From positions 2,170,001 to 2,234,000 of the forward strand of contig NW_027117342.1 of NCBI RefSeq assembly GCF_038025025.1: DNA of 64,000 nucleotides, given 5' to 3'. This DNA comes from Phyllosticta citribraziliensis (lineage: Eukaryota). Within the stretch, counting starts at the first letter, position 1; every line of letters starts with the position of its first letter. A model generated the notes under the pieces. The model ran no database searches and was not told the DNA's origin. It saw only the letters and a program-made list of their open reading frames with translations. Positions 60,644-64,000 of this stretch are shown piece after piece. Made by a program: the position numbers and the translations under genes.

Positions 60644-63395
60644 TGTCGCGTGGCGCCGTGGGCCAGCGCAATGGTCCTTCCTCTGGGATTACAGCCCCCC
60701 GCCGAGTCGGGAGGCGAGGTTCCCGACAGCAAAATGCTGAGAGAGAACCGCGCGATGGGCCGGGCAAGGTGGACGGCTCAGGTGGACTTGTGCGTGTGTG
60801 GAATGGGTCGGGGAGGGCGGGTGGAGGAGGACTCGAGCGGCGGGACTCGCGCGGCGCAGGAGAGGGTCGAGGAGGGAGTTTTGGGGCGTGGTTCGAGCGC
60901 AATGGACACGTCTGCTCGCGGCGCAGTTGAGCGGCGGAAGCGATGCTGGGGCAGTCGGGGGAGGGTGCGGCGCGCGCGCGGTTGGGATGGGGTCCCGTCT
61001 CGGTGGTCGTGGTGGGAGATGGCGGACGGGAAGGGTGGATGGGGACGGGACTTGTGGTACGTTTAGCGCGGGCGTGGGAGTGTGCAGAGGTTTGGTGGAG
61101 ACTTTGGTCTCTGGGAGGGACGGGCGCAGAGTAGACGACGATTCGGTGCTGTGGGCTGGCTGGTGAAGCAGCGCACGTCGTCGGCCGTCACGCCTGGGAC
61201 GGTGTTTCGACGGGCGTTCGAGTCAGCGGGCCTCGGCGGCCTCGAAGGGACCAGGGATGCGGGCGCGGGTGGTATTGGTGGTGAGAGCAAGATGCGCCTG
61301 AAACGAAGGCTGCAGGTTGCTGTGGTCAGGACGGTCGAGGGGGCTCACTGGCCTGGGCACGGTCAATGCTGGGTGCAACACGAGGGCAGGGCAGATGGGA
61401 GCCAGGCAGGCCAGGCGAGAGAGAGAGAGAGAGGGCAGACGCGACGGCGGTTAAGAAGGGGCGAGAAGGCGGACAAAGGCGGGCGAGGGAATGCACGCAG
61501 CCAAGACAGCAGAGAAGACAGTGGCGCTGCCTGGCGACGGATGAGGCGCCGGCCGACGGGCTACGGTACGGGCGGCGGCGGCGGCGGCGAGGGATGGGCG
61601 AGGTCAGGTCGTCTGGTCTGCGCTTCTGGTGGTCGTGGTGTTGTCGTCGTGTATGCGGTGATTGAGAGCGAGGATCAAGCCATGGTGGTGAGGTGGATTC
61701 GATGGCAAGCAGACTCGACGACGACGACGACGACGACGACCATGTACGTCTGCCGGCTCGCAACGCACATGCTGCAGGAACAGGCTTCTCGAAAGCTTCG
61801 ATGGATGCTTCCATGTGCTTGCTTGCTGTGCTGCCGTGGTTGTTGTGCGTGCGGCTGGCGCTGGCGCTGGCGCTGGTGCTGGCGCTGGCGGCACACCTCA
61901 GGCACCAACTAGACAGGCACACCTCAGGCGCCGCTCAAACGGATGCGGTGCGGCTTTGTCTGCCACTGCGACACGGTTTCTCATGCATTGAGCAACCCTC
62001 TGTGCGACGCCCTGAGACGCCCGCCGCGAACGGAGAGAAAACACGTCCTCGACCCTCCCTTCACCACCTCACCACCTCAAGCAGATCATGTGGAGCCTGC
62101 CATGTGAATCCGCAAGGATCATGACCAGCACCCGACTGCCAGGCCATGACCTCAACACCTTGCACTCCGTCACCGCCTCTACTTGCTACAGTACATCACA
62201 CGTACTGCCAGAAGCAAAAACACCTCTCTTCACCTCTTTTCCTCCCCGTGGCTGCGCTAGGCCCATCTGCTAAGGTGCCTCCTCGCCACATGTAGTCATT
62301 CGAGGCGCCTCTTGCCCCCAACCTTAATTCTGCCACACCGCGCCCCCATCATATATCTGCCTCGCCACGGTCCGACTCTGTCCTCAGGCTACAAGCCCTT
62401 TGTCTGGTTTTGGCGCCACCTGTCGTCTATTTCTCACTCGAATCAGCGCATCCCCAAATGTCAGACGACAGCATGGTTTGGCAATGCGCATGACGCACAC
62501 CTACTACTTCCGGCACTCGGTTCAAACACTTATTCTGCAAACACCTCGCATGCGTTTCCAAATCTGTCCGATGGGTGTCGACGTTTCTCCGTGTCTTTTT
62601 TGGCTTGCTTGTTTTCTCTCTCCCTCCACTCCTTTGCACTACCCTCTTGAAATTCACCAAATAATAGAACTGATCAAACTAGTTCATTGCGCTGCCATTG
62701 CGCCGCCATTGTGCTATTATTGTGCCGCTGAGGTTGTGCGAAAGTCATTCCATCTAAACCAACTATTTCGTGGTAGACATCCTACCTTACCCGATTGTTA
62801 TGCGACATAGTGTCTTCATGGAGCCAATATAGCAGTCCGCCCCCTGAACCTTCTCTGACCCCTTTTCACTTCCAGTCACGATTGTCACCTGCAAATTCCA
62901 AACCTCCAAGTGATTGTACATTCCATGGTGATATGATTCGATATATTCGTCTTGATCAAGCGCCGAGATCTGGTTTTGGGTTGGCGTCGACACATCAAGG
63001 TTGCCGCGGCGCCAGGGGGCCATTGTGAATGTCGGCGACACCACCAACCTTCCAGCAGTAGACCTTCCAGCTGTAGAGGCGAACCCTAACCAAATGCCTC
63101 GCCCCCTTCTCCACACTCCCCACCATCACCTATCCTCACCTTCTGTCTGGTGTTGAGTGGAGAGCAGACGCGTCCCCTTCATCAGCGCCCACCTCTTGCG
63201 GAGAACGACGACCACACGGCTGTGAACGCGGCTCAGATACCACCTCACGATCTCCGCCATTCCGCTTAAGCCTACTCCTTCTCGCACTTGAGGATCCCCC
63301 ATGTCCGACATCTTGCCCCGAGGCTTTGAGACCCGCTCCTCCGGGGAGTGCAACCCGTATCTCAACATCGGCCATGTCCAGAACTTCTTCCTCAC

Positions 63396-64000
63396 ATGAG
63401 GAACGAGTACTCGCCATTCCCTGGAGACCACGGCACAAAGAGCAGCAGCAGCAGCAGCAGCCAGACAAGCAGCAATCTGCCCCTCTATCCGAACAGCGGG
63501 CGCACACAGCCCGACAACGCCTCGCGCTGGACGAACCTGGGCCGCCTCCTGATAGCCAACTCCTCCGCGATGCTCCCCACCCAGCTCCACCGCCAGGCCA
63601 ACAACGACCTAACATACCTGCGCGACAGCCTCAACGCCTGGGACATCCCCCTCGACTCCAAAGCGCGGCTCTACGCCATCATCAAACACTTCAGCAGCAA
63701 GCGCGGCCGCTTCTCGCGCGTCCGCACCAAGCTGGTCCGCGCCGCGCGCTGGCCCGCCCTCGTCGAGCACCTCCTGGCCGACATGCGCCTCCTGGCGGCG
63801 CTCTTCTACAACCCGGCCATCCAGGGCGGCGTGGGCGTCGTCTTTGATGGCGCGGAGTCGCCGCGCGAGCGTTCCCGCCGCGACGTCGTCGCTTTCGCTG
63901 CCTCCATCTTCACCTGCTTCGATAACGCCATGCGCGAGTACAGTCTCACTCGGAGTGCGCTTCTGCGCGCTAAGCTTGCCGCCAAGCTGGATGGTTTGGG
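63396..64000 (+). CDS. Hypothetical protein, open to the end of the window
   Basis: A stop-free frame from the ATG at 63396 (MRNEYSPF...DLTYLRDSLNAWDIPLDSKARLYAIIKHF...RAARWPALVEHLLADMRLLAALFYNP...) shows strong C/G third-position bias. It is absent from the ORF track, presumably because no stop falls inside the window. Confidence 0.65.
   Translation, partial: MRNEYSPFPGDHGTKSSSSSSSQTSSNLPLYPNSGRTQPDNASRWTNLGRLLIANSSAMLPTQLHRQANNDLTYLRDSLNAWDIPLDSKARLYAIIKHFSSKRGRFSRVRTKLVRAARWPALVEHLLADMRLLAALFYNPAIQGGVGVVFDGAESPRERSRRDVVAFAASIFTCFDNAMREYSLTRSALLRAKLAAKLDGL

Noticed and set aside
63082..63091. AACCCTAACC as a telomerase template or telomere remnant
   Set aside because: It is a single 10-nt match followed by a coding-like ORF, so a promoter motif or chance is more likely.

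Overview
Gene-dense, intron-containing DNA from a filamentous ascomycete (Pezizomycotina; Eurotiomycete-like is an inference). Introns are short (about 40-140 nt), with GT/GC donors and CTRAY branch sites. I can support about 19 protein-coding genes: PP1 (Glc7/BimG), a TACC/Slk19-like coiled-coil protein, an orphan, a BTB-like conserved protein, separase, an F-box-like protein, FACT subunit Pob3, a Zn2Cys6 transcription factor, a small CxxC-CxxC protein, Vps5, kinetochore Nnf1, a multi-zinc-knuckle protein, a lactose/cellodextrin-type sugar porter, M18 aspartyl aminopeptidase, APC/C activator Cdh1, Pho85-type CDK, a cAMP-receptor-like GPCR, a class I cAMP phosphodiesterase with an N-terminal pseudo-receiver domain, and an ORF running off the right edge. 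I found no tRNA, rRNA, CRISPR or intact transposon. I see no clear-cut novel multi-gene system. The best leads are: (i) a concentration of mitosis/mitotic-exit genes, some with MCB or forkhead promoter sites; (ii) isoform switches visible in the sequence (PP1 N- and C-termini, an intron splitting the Pob3 start codon, a mitochondrial presequence on Ape4); (iii) a convergent GPCR-PDE cAMP pair; (iv) small or spliced genes missed by the ORF track. All exon boundaries are read by eye and all homology calls come from remembered motifs, not database searches.
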